A stretch of 62,993 nucleotides of DNA, filler included, from Vannella sp. (GCA_023345925.1; 7 parts of 7 records of this genome joined end to end with filler, not necessarily neighbours in it); one strand, 5' to 3'; shown: positions 46,935 through 59,887, counted from the whole stretch's first letter. Notes: generated from the sequence alone by a model not told the origin. Numbers and translations are program-made.

Positions 46935-49900
46935 ATGGCTGAATTGGAAAAGGTGATGAGGGCAGTTTAGGTCATTCCGTTGGATGGACGTTGCCTTGGG
47001 GGGTTCTCCCGCTCGTTCGCATGAGCAAGAGCGTGGGACGCTTTTGCTTGCATGGAGGGAGTCGGAGGAGGCTTATTGTGATAGTTTACGAAGGCTGGAG
47101 ACTTACCGCGCCTTCTTTGTTGCCAACCAGGAGTCGGAAGCCCCGCTTATGAGCCAGACGGAGATAGCTTTTGTATTTTACAACACCCAGCCCTTACTAC
47201 TTCAACACACGGCCCTTCTGGAGCAGTTGGCCAACGTGCAGCCTCTCGACTCTGTTTGTGATGCTTTCCAAGCGTTTATCACCAATGTAAGACATTACAT
47301 AGCGAGCTAACAAGCAACTACTGACAACCAAATGAACAGGAAGTCTTTAAAGACGGCCATGTGAAAGCTCTTCTCGGCTCCGGACGCTCCTTTGAGCTTC
47401 TCTCCCGCCTTATGGCTACAAAGAAGGAACTAAGAGATGCTGTATCTACTCTTGACCGTGAAGGATCAGGGAACACTCTCGGATCACTGCTAGGCTCGGT
47501 TCCACAGCGAATCCACTTCTATCCTCCCTTACTTGAGGTAAGAGCCTCACGCTTAAGGGGCGAGATGTTAACGACTCTTTAGGAGCTCCAAAAGTACACT
47601 ACTAGTGAGCATCAAGATGCAGCGAAGATCCCTGAAGCAAGGAAGTTGCTCCAAGAGTTCCTTGCGGGCTGTCCGGTTGTGTCAAAGATTGGGATCACCA
47701 AGCTACTCCAGCTCGTTGGACAAGCAGAGGCGAAACAGGTTGCTCGTCTACCAAGCGAGATGTCGGCCTCCATGCACCAATTCAGCCGAGAATTGATTGC
47801 TGAAGGCGCCATGTGGGAGCTCATTCGATCTCCTGACGGAACAGAGAGCATGCGCAAGTGCTACATTGTTCTCTTTGTCAACCGAGTCGTCTGCCTCCCG
47901 TTTGAGAAGAAGGAGAGCTTCAAGCCCTCATCCATCAAACCGCTCACTTTGGAGCTGGTCCCGACGCCAGACATTCTGTGGTCTGCCAGTTTGGTGGATT
48001 GCACTTTTCAGGCGCTCCCTCAAAGTCAAATGGTATCGCGGTCGTCCGAGAAGTACCGATTAGAGAAGGCCGTTGGCATTCGTAGGTGCAAACGCGATGT
48101 TTTTGTGATTAGTGAAACGGCAGTCATCCACACGGAGCCTTTTGTACTTCAGCAGGAGCGCACCTTGATTCCTGACACTCACAATCCAAAGGACCGAGGA
48201 TTCTGGTTGCACAGCTTCAATACGGCTCAAAAGTACACGAATTACACTGCGAAACAGTCTTTTGCTGAGTTAACGTCTCAGAAAATCTTCTGCCTTGAAG
48301 AGTAAGCTCTGTGAACCTTTCGCATACTCTTTGTTGTCTAATTAATGGTACAGGAAAGCTAAAGAGACTGCCTTGACAGAGGAAAGTTGGAGAAAGCTGA
48401 GCGCTGTCGGGACTCCAAAGACTTACCAACCCGGAGCGCGAATAATCGACCAAGGTCAAGTCTATTCGGAGCTATTTTGGATCGAAAGAGGCGCTGCCAT
48501 GGTGACAGAGAACTTAAGCGATGCCATTCTTCATGTCGCTAACTTTGGCATTCACCGCATATTTGGAGCGATTTCCTTCTTCGCCCGAGTCCCAACATCT
48601 GGTATCCCTGTTATTGCAACGGAAGAGTCCATCGTCTTCTCTGCTGGTCATGGGGTTATCACTCGACTTTTAGAGAAGGACGCAGATTTTGCACAGAATT
48701 TCTTCCAAGCGTTGAGCTCTCAAATAGCTCTTAGCACAATGACGAGTGCCTTCTCTTTGGAGAAGTGCCCTTCGAAAGCTGGGATGGAAATTTCCTCACT
48801 CTCTGTTGAAGGTCAGGATTCCTCTAGGGTTTCTCCTCACGGTGAAGTGTTCTCTCCTCGTTCGAGCACTGCTCGGGGAACAACAAAAGAGCATCGCGAA
48901 GTTCTCAAGCACGTTGGTGTGAATCCCAAGACTCCCGTTCTCCTTGGAACATCTTGCAAAGTTACCATTCCGGGCTGGAAGAAGCCACAAAGTGGGAGCA
49001 TTTTGTGCTTAGATAACATTATTATCATCTACTCGAAGGGGCTGGGAGCCAATCAAGCTATTCTTCCACTGCAGCAACTGAATCCTGTGATATCAGAGTT
49101 CTCCATTATACTCTCTGCGCGAGTTGATGCTCCTTTCACGATCACGTTCCGCACAGAAGAGAAGCGGGCATTGTTTGTTACCGCCCTGTTATCAGCAAAA
49201 GAGGCCGTTCTATCTAAGATCAAGGATGCAAATGCAGTTAAAGCTGCCCAATGCAATGTGACAGAAGCGCTGGGAGAGGATTGGTACTCTCTAATGGCCA
49301 AAGCAGAGACACTCAGCTTTGATAGTGGTGATTTGGTTCTTCGCCAAGGAGATCCTATTACTGGAGTGTATCAGCTTGTCAGCGGAGAATGCAGCGTCTT
49401 TGTGGAACGAGAAGAGCAGCCAAAGTTCGATACGGTTCAGATGCTCCTGACTGGAGAGAGGTTTGGAGAGTTCTTCTTTCTCTATCCAGGACAGGAATCA
49501 ACCTGCTCGATTGTCGTCACATCTGAGAAAGCGGAGGTGCTGTTGATCCCTCTTGAGATTCTCAATGAACGCTGTGCTCCAGGCCAATTCAGTCTCCTCT
49601 GCTCCTTGACTCATGAGCTGAGTAAGAGGTATGTTTCTCGACAGACTTTTGTTCGCTTTAGCGAGAACGCAACGGGATTCAAATATCCCACATCCTCTGC
49701 CATCAGGTGGCAGTATGCAAGCCAAATGGAAGAGGAGCCCCAACTAGTGGCGCAACCGGAAGGTTATCATGTCGAGTTTGGGAACTTTAAAGTCTCGCCA
49801 AGTGACCGGTTGCCTGTTATTGCGGACATGGAGAATGACTACCAAGCTTATGCAATTGAATTTGCTGCTCGCGAGCACATCAACATCATTGGGTTTGACT

Positions 49901-51080
49901 CGGCCGCAAACAAGTTTGCTTTGGTTTCTGCTGTTTTCAAGATTTACTCTGGCGATGTAATGCTCGTTGTTTTGGTCCGTACTGAGGCAAAAGTGAGTTT
50001 CTATCTCTCTGAGAGGCGCATTACTGATTCTCGACCAAGGGAAACTCTCATTTGAAGTTCGCTACGATTGGGGACAAGGCGACCTTAGATTCTCTCACTG
50101 TTATTCCCTTAGTGAAGCAGCATTTACCTGACTTGTCTAGCTATCAGTTCCACCAAGTGCCTCCTGACCAGCACGAGAGAATAAGGAAGGATCTGATTCG
50201 ATACGAGGAGAACGAGACCATTATGAACTACAAATTCGGTCTCCTTTACCAAACAGGCGCCGAGATAACAGAATCTGAGATCTATTCGACGCCTTACCTT
50301 TCTCCTGATCTCCTTGAGCTTATGATTGCCCTTGGAGAGCTTGTGGTGTTGGAGGACTGGCCAAACTTTAGAGGCGGACTTGATTGTACTGGCAAGAACA
50401 TCACTGGTGCCACTTCTCTCTATACCAAGTTCGATCACAGGTTCGAGATCATGTTCCATGTGGCCCCTCTCATCCCTTGTGAACCAAACGATGACCAGTT
50501 CATTGGGAAGAAGCGCCATCTCGGCAATGACTTGGTTCTTCTTATTTTCACCGATTCTGATCATTTGTTTGATCCTTCCCATTTCAATTCTCACTTCAAT
50601 CGTTAGTTCTTCTTTGGTACACCTCAAGCTTCTCTAACTCAGTGCAGATACGTTTATCGTTGTGAAGAAGTTGCCAGTTGAACCAAGTGGGGGCCTGACA
50701 TTCTACAGGTATGTCCTACTTTAAGCTTCATCAATGCTGACAAGTGGTATAGGGTGGAGACGATATCCAACACGGACATTCCTTTTGTCTGCCGACCTGT
50801 TCTGCCATCGCCCTCAATTATTCCCAAGAGCGAGATAAGGAAGTTCCTCCTGACCAAGCGTATGCCTTTCTCTTTCTCAGAAGGAATCACAAACTGACTG
50901 AATGGGATAGTTATCAACTCAGAACGAATGGCAATGAAAACGGCCGCTTTCCAAATCAAGATAGAACGCACCCGTCATCAGCTCCTCGAAAGTTATGGAG
51001 AAAAGTACGCTGCTCAACTGCAACATCCCACTATTCGTCACACCCGCAGCAATTCAGGATTCAAAGGACGAAGACTTTAA
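46935..51080 (+). CDS. Multidomain DH(RhoGEF-like)-PH-cNMP-(GRAM/PH-like)-cNMP-RapGAP protein; start uncertain
   Basis: DH: ESEEAYCDSLRRL...VFYNTQPLLLQH...LGSLLGSVPQRIHFYPPLLE. PH: RELIAEG...YIVLF. CNB1: YQPGARIIDQG...LFWIERG...FGAISF. CNB2: FDSGDLVLRQGD...YQLVSGEC...GERFGE. RapGAP: YKFGLLYQ...EIMFHV...KKRHLGND...FLLTKLINSER. The ORFs join in frame across short GT-AG introns. Confidence 0.78.
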
Positions 51081-51429
51081 AGAGGCCCTTTCTCACACAT
51101 TGGCGGTGGGCCAATACTTCTTCGCTGAGGACGGATAGAGTGCATTCCCCAAGAGAGTTGCCCAAGAGAGAAGTGTTGAGCAACAACAAGTCTGGTGATT
51201 GGAGGGAGGCCTCCTACTCGTTGAGGAAGAAGGCCTCTGGGTGTTGGGCGACAACTACTTCGGTTCGAGCTGCTGGAAGGAAGTGTTGTCCGTACAATCA
51301 ACATCGCGTCCCGCGCATTGTCCGCTCTCCCTCATTCATTCACCAGCAGAAACAAGAGTGCCCGGTTCCTTTGACGCCTCTTTTGGAACTCTCACCATCA
51401 CCAAAAGGAGAAGGATCCTGGCGACCTAC

Positions 51430-51450
51430 TTTAGGGTTTAGGGTTTAGGG
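51430..51450 (+). repeat. (TTTAGGG)3 telomere-type repeat
   Basis: Three perfect TTTAGGG units, 138 nt from the contig end. Confidence 0.85.
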
Positions 51451-51588
51451 GCAGCTTTCCTCCAATTTTGGCGGGTTAATGATGAATATTTCCTGAGAGA
51501 ACATGACCAGGGGCGGAATGAGCATCATTTTCTGGAAGAGGGAAGGAGATGGGAGAGTCTGGGCTGAAACGAAGACCAGAAGAATCGG

Positions 51589-51688
51589 NNNNNNNNNNNN
51601 NNNNNNNNNNNNNNNNNNNNNNNNNNNNNNNNTTAATTAATTAANNNNNNNNNNNNNNNNNNNNNNNNNNNNNNNNNNNNNNNNNNNN
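51589..51688. other. Artificial contig linker
   Basis: 44N-TTAATTAATTAA-44N. Confidence 0.99.
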
Positions 51689-52830
51689 GCAGATGATGAT
51701 GAGAACGAGATCTAGAAGAGAGAAGAGATCGCATTACCGCTCTCGACAACGAGCTCCTGGCTTGACCCGTCCGCTGTGTGCCAGCAGCTCTTTCATTAGA
51801 ACTATCTTATTAGTTGCCGTTGCCGGATAAATGCTGGCTGTCCTTCGGGTAAACATTTAGCCGGTTAGAAGAAGAGGACACTTCTTAGTTTTAGACGGAC
51901 TAAAAGCTACTTTTTTATTCAAATGACACGTACCTGTCGTTTGCCAGATCAGGCACAAGCTATCACAAAGGGAGGGTGTGGGAAGTATCATGTTGAGTCA
52001 ATTTGATGACTTTTAGCAGGACGGGGGCAAAGGAGGGGACAACCACTTATCACCAACGGAAGCCTGCCAGTGATCAGAATGAGCACTTTCAGATGACGAA
52101 ACAAGCATTGGTGACGTTGGAGGAGCTTATGATGCTCCTGATCGAGGGGATGCGCGAAATTCGTGTTGGAGATTGGGCTGTCAAGAGGGGGCACATAGCT
52201 CGTGTTAGAGCAGCATCGTCAATCTTACCCGGAAGCTCCTGCATCCCTGGCCATCCATCTCGCCCCTCCTGATAATCCATCAGGACTAAAGAAAGCTCCT
52301 CCAAGATCACAGAAGTCGCTTTCTAGAAGCTCCTCCTGCATCACTCGACACTCGTTTCTCTAAAGGAGACCCATGTCTCTGAGACGAGGTCTCGAACATT
52401 GCTTTGCCACCCGACTCTTATTGAGTGGACCACCTCCTTCACACCAAAACCACAGAACGGAAACGTGGATATGACTCCACCTGGAGGTGCTTCCTCGTTC
52501 TCAGCACCCACTCATCCTTGTTATCCAGGAAGCTGAGCGAGCTGGTTGGGCCCAAAAAATAATGAAGTGATTATCTTCTAGAATTCGGTGTAAGAATGGT
52601 TCAAAGAAAAGTCTCGCTCCCTCTCCGACCATCTAAATGTCCCAGCATGATCTAATTTATAATCCCAACAATGCAGTGATCGAGAAAGATGATTTTGATA
52701 GCTTGGTACCAACTTGGGAAATTGTCCCTTTGTCTGATTGGTCGGAAGCCCGAAAGGTGAAATGTCCCTCCCATTTTGATTGACTGATGGGTGTCGCTGT
52801 TGTCACTTCCAGTTGGCCACTTGTGGCGTG

Positions 52831-55800
52831 ATGTGGAGGCTTTGTTGGTTCGCTCTGATCGTTTTGGTCTGTGGCTTGAGCCCTGTGAACGGTAACGGAT
52901 TGCAAGTCAGTGTTCAGACGGCTTGGGCGGATACTCCGATCGCTTTTGAGGCTGCTGAAGCTCTTGAGAAGCTTCCTGGCATCAGTTTCTGGAAGTTTGT
53001 GGAGGCTTACCATCAGAACGTTGTTGGAGAGACGGAGGAGGAGGTGTACCTTCAGATCATGTCTTTAGTCACCAACTTGACCCACTCAGAGGTTCATCTC
53101 CCACTCGTCCAGTACGCACTGGCTACACGCTTCTACCATCCTACTGTTGCAGCTCAATTGTACGTTCTACCTTTGTATGGCATCTCTTCTCACCGGCATG
53201 AACAGGGAACTGGCGAAAGAGGAGGTCGCGTCCTTCGGTTCTGAGGAGTGCAAAGCTGGCAGCCAGTTCGCCATAGTTCGTTGGGAAGGTCCTTCTGATT
53301 CAGATCAGTTCAAGTTCAATGCAGAGAACGATCTTCAACCTCTTCCTGTGAACGACGAGGAAGAAACAGAGGAACCGACCATTGAAGAGAAGGCAGTGCT
53401 TGTTTGCAACCCAACACGCTTGAAAGATATCCTGGATCGCTTAGCAGTCAATCCAAGGCTCACTCAGAAGAGAACGAGCGCGATTCTGCTCCCAGATGAG
53501 CACATCAAGGGAAAGCCTTCCGCCAAAATGCACGTTTTCTTGTACAGTGACTTCACCCAGGCTTCCTTCGAAGACTGGATCTTTGCTCTCAAGTTCCCGA
53601 GTACTCTAGTATCCCCAATCACCACCTATCTCCGGTATCTGGCTCCCGAATCATCCGGTCGAGTGGCATTCCTTCAAGGATACGGCGCAGAGTTGGCTAT
53701 CAAGAGCACAGAGTATCGTGTTGTCGATGATACCACAGATACCATTGACTCTGCTCCTAAAGATCTTCCAGACGCCCACGAAGACGACCAACTCCGTCCT
53801 CTCAAACGAACCGAGCTAGCTGGTAAGCTATTCACTAATCCCTTCAGTACCCCGTCTTCCCATCCACTTACTATTGATATTAAGATCTTGGCGTGCAAGC
53901 GGCGTACGTTGTGGAGCAGTCTTCTACTCCCTGGGAGTTACTGAGGGACTTGACTGGAAACTTCCCTTCGCTTGCATCTTCTCTGGCACAAGTAGTCGTT
54001 CCTGATTCGTTTAGAGAGACTCTTAAGCGAACTAGCAATCGACAGGGAGGAGAAGGCCGCGAGAGCGGGTTACTAAATGGGAGATCTCTGGATCTTTCTA
54101 CTGCCAGCCCTTTCTCACTCTACTCCATGATTCAAGAAGAGTTGGCTCTTCATGATACAATGGAGATGATGGATGTCCCTTTGGAATCCATCCCTTCCCT
54201 CCTCCGTGTTCCCATTTCCTCCAAAATGAGACATCCTTACCGACTGGCCCTCCTTCCTTCATTCTCTCTGCCTTGGCTGAACGATCTTTCATCAGACAGA
54301 GCTTATTCTCGCTGGCCTACTTCTCTTTATGAGCTTTACAAGCCAACCTACCCAGATCAGATGCGTTTTATCGCCCAAAATCTCATCAATGTTGTCTTTG
54401 CTGTTGAACCGCTCTCCCAAGAAGCTCTGAATGTGTATCCTGTTGTAGATATGTTCCTTGGAGGCTCTGCTCCCTTGAGAATGGCCTTCTTGTTCGACCG
54501 CAGTAATGTTACAAATGAGAAATTGGGAAGCGCTCGTGAGTATCGCCTGTTGAGTGACATTGAAGAGCCTCTGGAAGATCTCGTGATCTCTTCTTTCAAG
54601 TACCTCACCGACATTTTCAGCTATCGTAAAGCTGCGTCGTTCTTGGCACTACTGGCAACCAAAGCAAAAGACTCTGAGGTGACTATCGAGCTAATTGATT
54701 CTTCTCTTCGTGAAATCTCATCCATTGGTCTTCTGGAAGTGTACTCGGAGGATCACCAAGCAACTATTGACAAGTATCTGAACCAAATAACTGATTTTGT
54801 AGTGGAAAAAGGCATTCAAAACGTCAACACGGCCTTTGTGAATGGACTGCCAATCACCAAGGTGGCGGATGACTTCACGGTAAGGCGACTTTCTCTCTCT
54901 TCTGAATTGGTGACTGAAACTGTGGCCCATAGAACAAAGGATTCACTATGGCAATTAAGCGGGTCCTCAGCTCTGAGTATCAAAACATTGCCATCGGACT
55001 TTGGAGAAAGGAACTGGAAGATGATGAGAAGGACATTTACGCCTATCTCCTCCAATCTACCTACCCTGGAGTACAGACACTTTATCACTCTCTTATTGTT
55101 GGAGAATCATCTTCACCCCGCTATCTGGCCCTTCCAGGTGTGACTGTTCCAAGCAATGTAGAGCGAAAGTCATTCCGGTTTGTCACAGAAAACACTCTAG
55201 GAATTGGACAGATCCTGGGAACTCAGCTGGACTACATCTCTGGAAGTGATTTGATCCATCCCACGATTCACCCTGTGACTCACTTGCTCATTCTGGACCT
55301 TTCTTCACAACAAGGGCTTTTGACACTTCTCGAGCTGGCTAATCGCTTCGATCCCGACACAGCGGAAGCTATTCCAGATGTTGATGGAGTGCGTTTTGCA
55401 CTCATCAACAATGTAGGACTCCCTGGAACAATGAACTGTGAAGGAACCAAACCTAATCCAAACTTTAATGATCTAACTTGCATCATTGGGCGCACTTTCA
55501 CCCCCAAGAAGCATCTCAAGTTCATCCAAAAGGTCCTCCCCAACTTCCTTAAAGGAGGCCCTACATCAGTCGATGTAATGGCAGAGATAGCTGAAAAGGT
55601 CAAAGCTGGAAACTTCCGCTCAGACAACTTCTACAAACACTATCAGAGTCCTGAATGGCGAGCCCAAGTGAGGCACATGCACCGATTGGTAGTCGACCAG
55701 CTCTTAGGAGAAGGTGACTTCAAGGCAGGGCATAACTATGTCATTACCAACGGCCGCGTTACTGAGCTTCCTTCTACCCTTCCTTTCCTATCTGCCGATG

Positions 55801-57835
55801 GTTTCCGTTTGCTAGAGCGAATGGAAAGGGAAAAGGTTTCCGCATTGCAGACGATTGTCAGCGGGTTCGAGTTCCCTCATATCTCTCTTCAAGAGCCTGA
55901 GCGCAACATTACCGCAGAGCATTCTGCTTTCAGAAGTGATCTCCTGCAGAAGATTGCCAGTATTCTGCTCGCTCATCCTCGCGGAAAGGTCCAGGGCTCT
56001 GTGGGGGAGCAAACAACACCCGTAGTTCTTGACTTTGTCTTGAACCCTTTGAGTAAGACTGCTCGGCGCTTGGCACCCCTCATTGCAGACCTTCTGGAGA
56101 CCTTTAAGTCTCATCAGGTCAAGGTTAATGTTATCTGGAACCCCATTAATGCATTAGAAGAGCTTCCTTTGAGCTCCTATTACCGGTACATGGTCTCTAC
56201 AGCCAAGAGAACCTTTAACGCTGATGGAGAAGTAATTCCTCCTTCTATTGCGTTCACAAGATTGCCTTTGGATGTCTTGTTTAGCTTCGCAATGGATGCG
56301 CCGCCTTCCTGGATGGTCTATGCGCAACAATCCCTTTCAGATCTTGATAATCTGATGCTTTCAAAGGGCTCTGCAAAGGCTCAATACGTCCTGCGCAACC
56401 TAATCATCCAAGGAGGTGCTGTAGAAGATGGAGCTGCCTCTCATTCCCCTCCAAGAGGGACAGAACTTGTCCTCAGCAACTCCAAAGGGGAGAAATGGGA
56501 TACGATTATCATGGCCAACCTTGGATACTTCCAATTGAAGGCTTCTCCTGGTCTTTGGCGACTTAACTTGGCGAGTGGCAGATCCAGTCAAATGTATTCT
56601 CTCGCTAAGGGTGCCAATCAGCCTATTCCCGTCACTTCCTTCGAAGTAGAACACAGGTATCTTCACCTCACACGGAACGCTGGCATGGAGAAGTTCCAGA
56701 GCGTTCTGGATCTCCCAATGGAAACCAAAGTGAGTCGCACGGACCAGACAATCCACGTCTTTAGCTTGGCATCCGGCCATTTGTACGAGCGCTTCCTTAA
56801 GATTATGATGTTAAGTGTTATGAGGCAAACAGAGTCTCCTGTCAAGTTCTGGTTCGTCGAGAACTTCCTCTCCCCCGGGTTTAAAGAGGTTCTTAGTGCC
56901 TTCGAGGCTCAATATGGCTGTCAGATTGAGTTAGTAAGCTATCAATGGCCTTCTTGGCTCCACGCACAGACCGAGAAGCAGCGGGTTATCTGGGCCTACA
57001 AGATTCTCTTCTTGGATGTTTTATTCCCGCTGGACGTTCATCGTGTTATCTTCGTAGACGCTGATTTGGTAGTTCGTGGCGACCTGCGCGAGGTAATAGG
57101 AGTCCTTTTCTTACTATTGACATGAGTGACTGACCTTGGAATGCATAGCTGAATGAGTTGGACCTGGAGGGAGCTCCTTATGCCTACACTCCGATGGGAG
57201 ACTCTCGAGAGGAGATGGAAGGCTTCCGATTCTGGAAGACTGGATTCTGGAAGAACCACTTGGCTTCTTTCGGTGTTCAGTACCACATCAGCGCTCTTTA
57301 CGTTGTGGATTTGGACCGATTCCGAAACGGCGCAATTGGTGACATTCTCCGTTCTGTCTACTCAGGACTTAGTCAGGACCCTAATTCGCTTGCTAACTTG
57401 GACCAAGACCTTCCTAACTTCACTCAGAACAATGTGAGTAGCAAGGGAGCATCTCAGAGTGACTACTGACTCGGCACAGATTCCTATTTACTCCTTGGAT
57501 GCCTCTTGGCTTTGGTGTGAGACCTGGTGTGATGATGAGTCAAAGGCAAAGGCTAAGGCTATCGACCTCTGCAACAACCCAATGACAAAGACTCCCAAGC
57601 TCGAGAATGCTGTCCGGATTGTCGAGGAATGGCCAGAACTTGACCAAGAAGCCCGCGCTGTCCGCCCTCTGGAGCAGGACAGTCAAGCTCAGGTCCATAT
57701 CGATCCATTCCCTGCTTCCCTTCCTGAGGAACAGTGGACAGGGCTCAAACAGACCCTCCCTGTCACCAAGGAGGAGGACGAGGAGCTGATCGCCATCGAA
57801 GACGCCCCTTCCAACCCCTTCAGTCACTTTTTCGG
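52831..57835 (+). CDS. UGGT: UDP-glucose:glycoprotein glucosyltransferase, multi-exon, 3' end truncated
   Basis: Signal peptide; motifs [85 protein letters not shown] and DLCNNP. Confidence 0.95.
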
Positions 57836-57935
57836 NNNNNNNNNNNNNNNNNNNNNNNNNNNNNNNNNNNNNNNNNNNNTTAATTAATTAANNNNNNNNN
57901 NNNNNNNNNNNNNNNNNNNNNNNNNNNNNNNNNNN
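57836..57935. other. Artificial contig linker
   Basis: 44N-TTAATTAATTAA-44N. Confidence 0.99.
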
Positions 57936-58171
57936 ATAGCTACCCTTTCTAAAGGGGCAGGAGCTTAAATCAAAGAGCGTTGACCACTTACAAGTGCTAC
58001 AACCTCGCAATAGGCGCAAAGAGTATTGACCAGAGCGCGAGTAGCCGAAGGGTGACTGTGCAGGTGAAAATGTCTAGAGTAGCTCCTTCGCCCCCGGAGC
58101 TGAGTAAGTGACTAGGAGATATGATTTATTGAATCAGCTTCTCTCGTTTGGCAGTGGTCAGAAGGTTTAGT

Positions 58172-59541
58172 TCATACAAAGTCATCATCGTCATCATCGT
58201 CGTCATCGCCGTCATCATCTTCATCATCGTCATCGTCATCATCACTGTCATCGTCAGAAACTGCCTGCATAGCAGCACTACAGGCGTATGATACGATCGA
58301 TGCACGGGTGTCCCTGACTTGTTGGCTTGTTTCTCCAAACAGAATGGCTTGCATATGGTTCGTGGATTCTGCCAATTTCTGTGCCTCCACAAATTGTCCA
58401 TGCTTGGCCATGATCTCCGCAATGAGGAGGAGCACTTCAACGAATTCAGCGCTGATCTTTCCGAACACTAGTTTTCGGAATGCCAAAGAGAGACGGATGT
58501 TCTCCATAGCCTTTTGCACAACCCCGAAGTCCAAATCCTTCCGCCCTTCCTTCAAGAAGGGATCGTCCTTGACTCCAGTCAGTTGGTGCTTGATGAAACA
58601 AAACCTCATCGCAGTTTTGAATTGCTTCATGAACATTGCAGTTTGGACGAATCCATTCACTTTCTGCACGAGTTCTTCCGTGGCAACGAACGGCTTTTCG
58701 AGATTGTTCAAACAGTCCAGAAGAAGTTGAACTCGGTCATCCCAGTTGGGTACATCTTGGAAGTTGAATACCTTACCTTCAAACATCAATTCTGCAGGGG
58801 CAATAACTGGAAGGAGTCAGGGCCAGATTGAAACAAAGAGCAAGGGAACTCACCCTCGCGAATGCTGTCTACTATGCCCGTGAGATAGCCGTTGTACTTG
58901 CACATATCCATGTGACAAGATAAGCTGCAGTAAGTCTTCACTTTGCAGATTTCGCAATCTGCTCCTTTGTCTCCAGCTTTCAGGTAAGGGGCAGTTTCGC
59001 AATCCAAGTTTGGGCATTCCTGCTCCGGTTCTGCAGCAACAGGGGCCGTCTCCGAGCGTATCACTACATTGATCTGGCCAACGATCACGTGTGAAGAGTT
59101 CCCTTTCTCTTTCTTTTGGGCGAGAGGGACACATCCTCTGATTTCCACATCCAACACATAAGCAAGGGGAATGCAAACCTCGCCAATCAAGTCCTCGCTG
59201 GTCTCGTCCTTGTCCCAACACTGAATGATCAGGGACTTGTGACCGGGCGCATGAGATCTTCCTCAGAGGTTAACAATCGAGAATGACATCGCGGTATGGC
59301 TCACAAACAGAACTTCTCATCCCACGTAGGGTTTAAGCTTTTCTGAACCACCGTTGTCCGATGACTGCTCGACTCATCCACCTTTTCGTCCTGATCTAAC
59401 AGAAACGTCTTGCAATAGGTGCTGGGGAGAACTGTGCAAAGGCTGGTGAGGAAGGAACATCTTCTCAAGGGCGTGCCTACCATCATCACCACTCTTGGTC
59501 GCCAATTGGCGCCCGCTGATGATGGTCACCTGCAGGCTCAT
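58172..59541 (-). CDS. C2 domain + MYND-like zinc finger + TPR-like helices with poly-Asp tail, multi-exon
   Basis: C2: MSLQVTIISGRQL...TTVVQKSLNPTWDEKF...IQCWDKDETSEDLIGEVCIPL. Zinc finger: CPNLDC...CEICKVKTYCSLSCH. TPR-like: LLLIAEIMAKHGQFVEAQKL...ILFGE. Confidence 0.72.
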
Positions 59542-59676
59542 GCGCACACGAGAGAATGAGGATATCAACCACTTTCTGAGGCGCGCAATCTGACCAACGA
59601 GAACGCGAGCATTTTTCAACCAATTTCTTAGGTCCGCGGTGCTTGCCCTTGTTCCCATTAAAAGTTGTTAAATGCT

Positions 59677-59854
59677 ATTTCGGAAGCCTTGTTTCTGAGG
59701 TGAAATGCACCCTCAGCACTCAAGCTAATGACCTGAAAGCAGGGCAAAGGTTGAGTTAGTGGAATCCTTCCCTCTGAGGGAGTTGCTCTCCTGGCAGAAG
59801 GTTCTCACAGTGGCAGCACGAGAGAGAGTCCCTAAGAAACGGAGCTTTTGAGGT
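59677..59854 (+). ncRNA. Candidate structured non-coding RNA (family unassigned)
   Basis: A 24-bp terminal helix 59677-59700/59831-59854 (16 Watson-Crick, 6 G-U, 2 mismatches) encloses internal hairpins. It lies in an intergenic gap. Confidence 0.4.
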
Positions 59855-59887
59855 GAACAGTCATTTACTCGTCCTTTCTTGGTCCAT

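Noticed and set aside
12029..57935. Six identical TTAATTAATTAA motifs flanked by N runs, read as a biological repeat or CRISPR-like array
   Set aside because: These are artificial concatenation linkers. ORFs that run into them (ending in X...LIN) are artefacts.
57971..58115. Helitron-like 3' end (hairpin 58081-58101, CTAG at 58112) and 16-nt imperfect direct repeat at 57971/58017
   Set aside because: The stem is only 6 bp, CTAG is not followed by T, and there is no second copy in the window.
59720..59820. SECIS, cobalamin or TPP riboswitch, or SRP helix 8 assignment for the structured region
   Set aside because: Only scattered short motifs match (ATGA..AAA, GCCACTG, GGGAAGG, AGCAG), with wrong spacing, order or strand.
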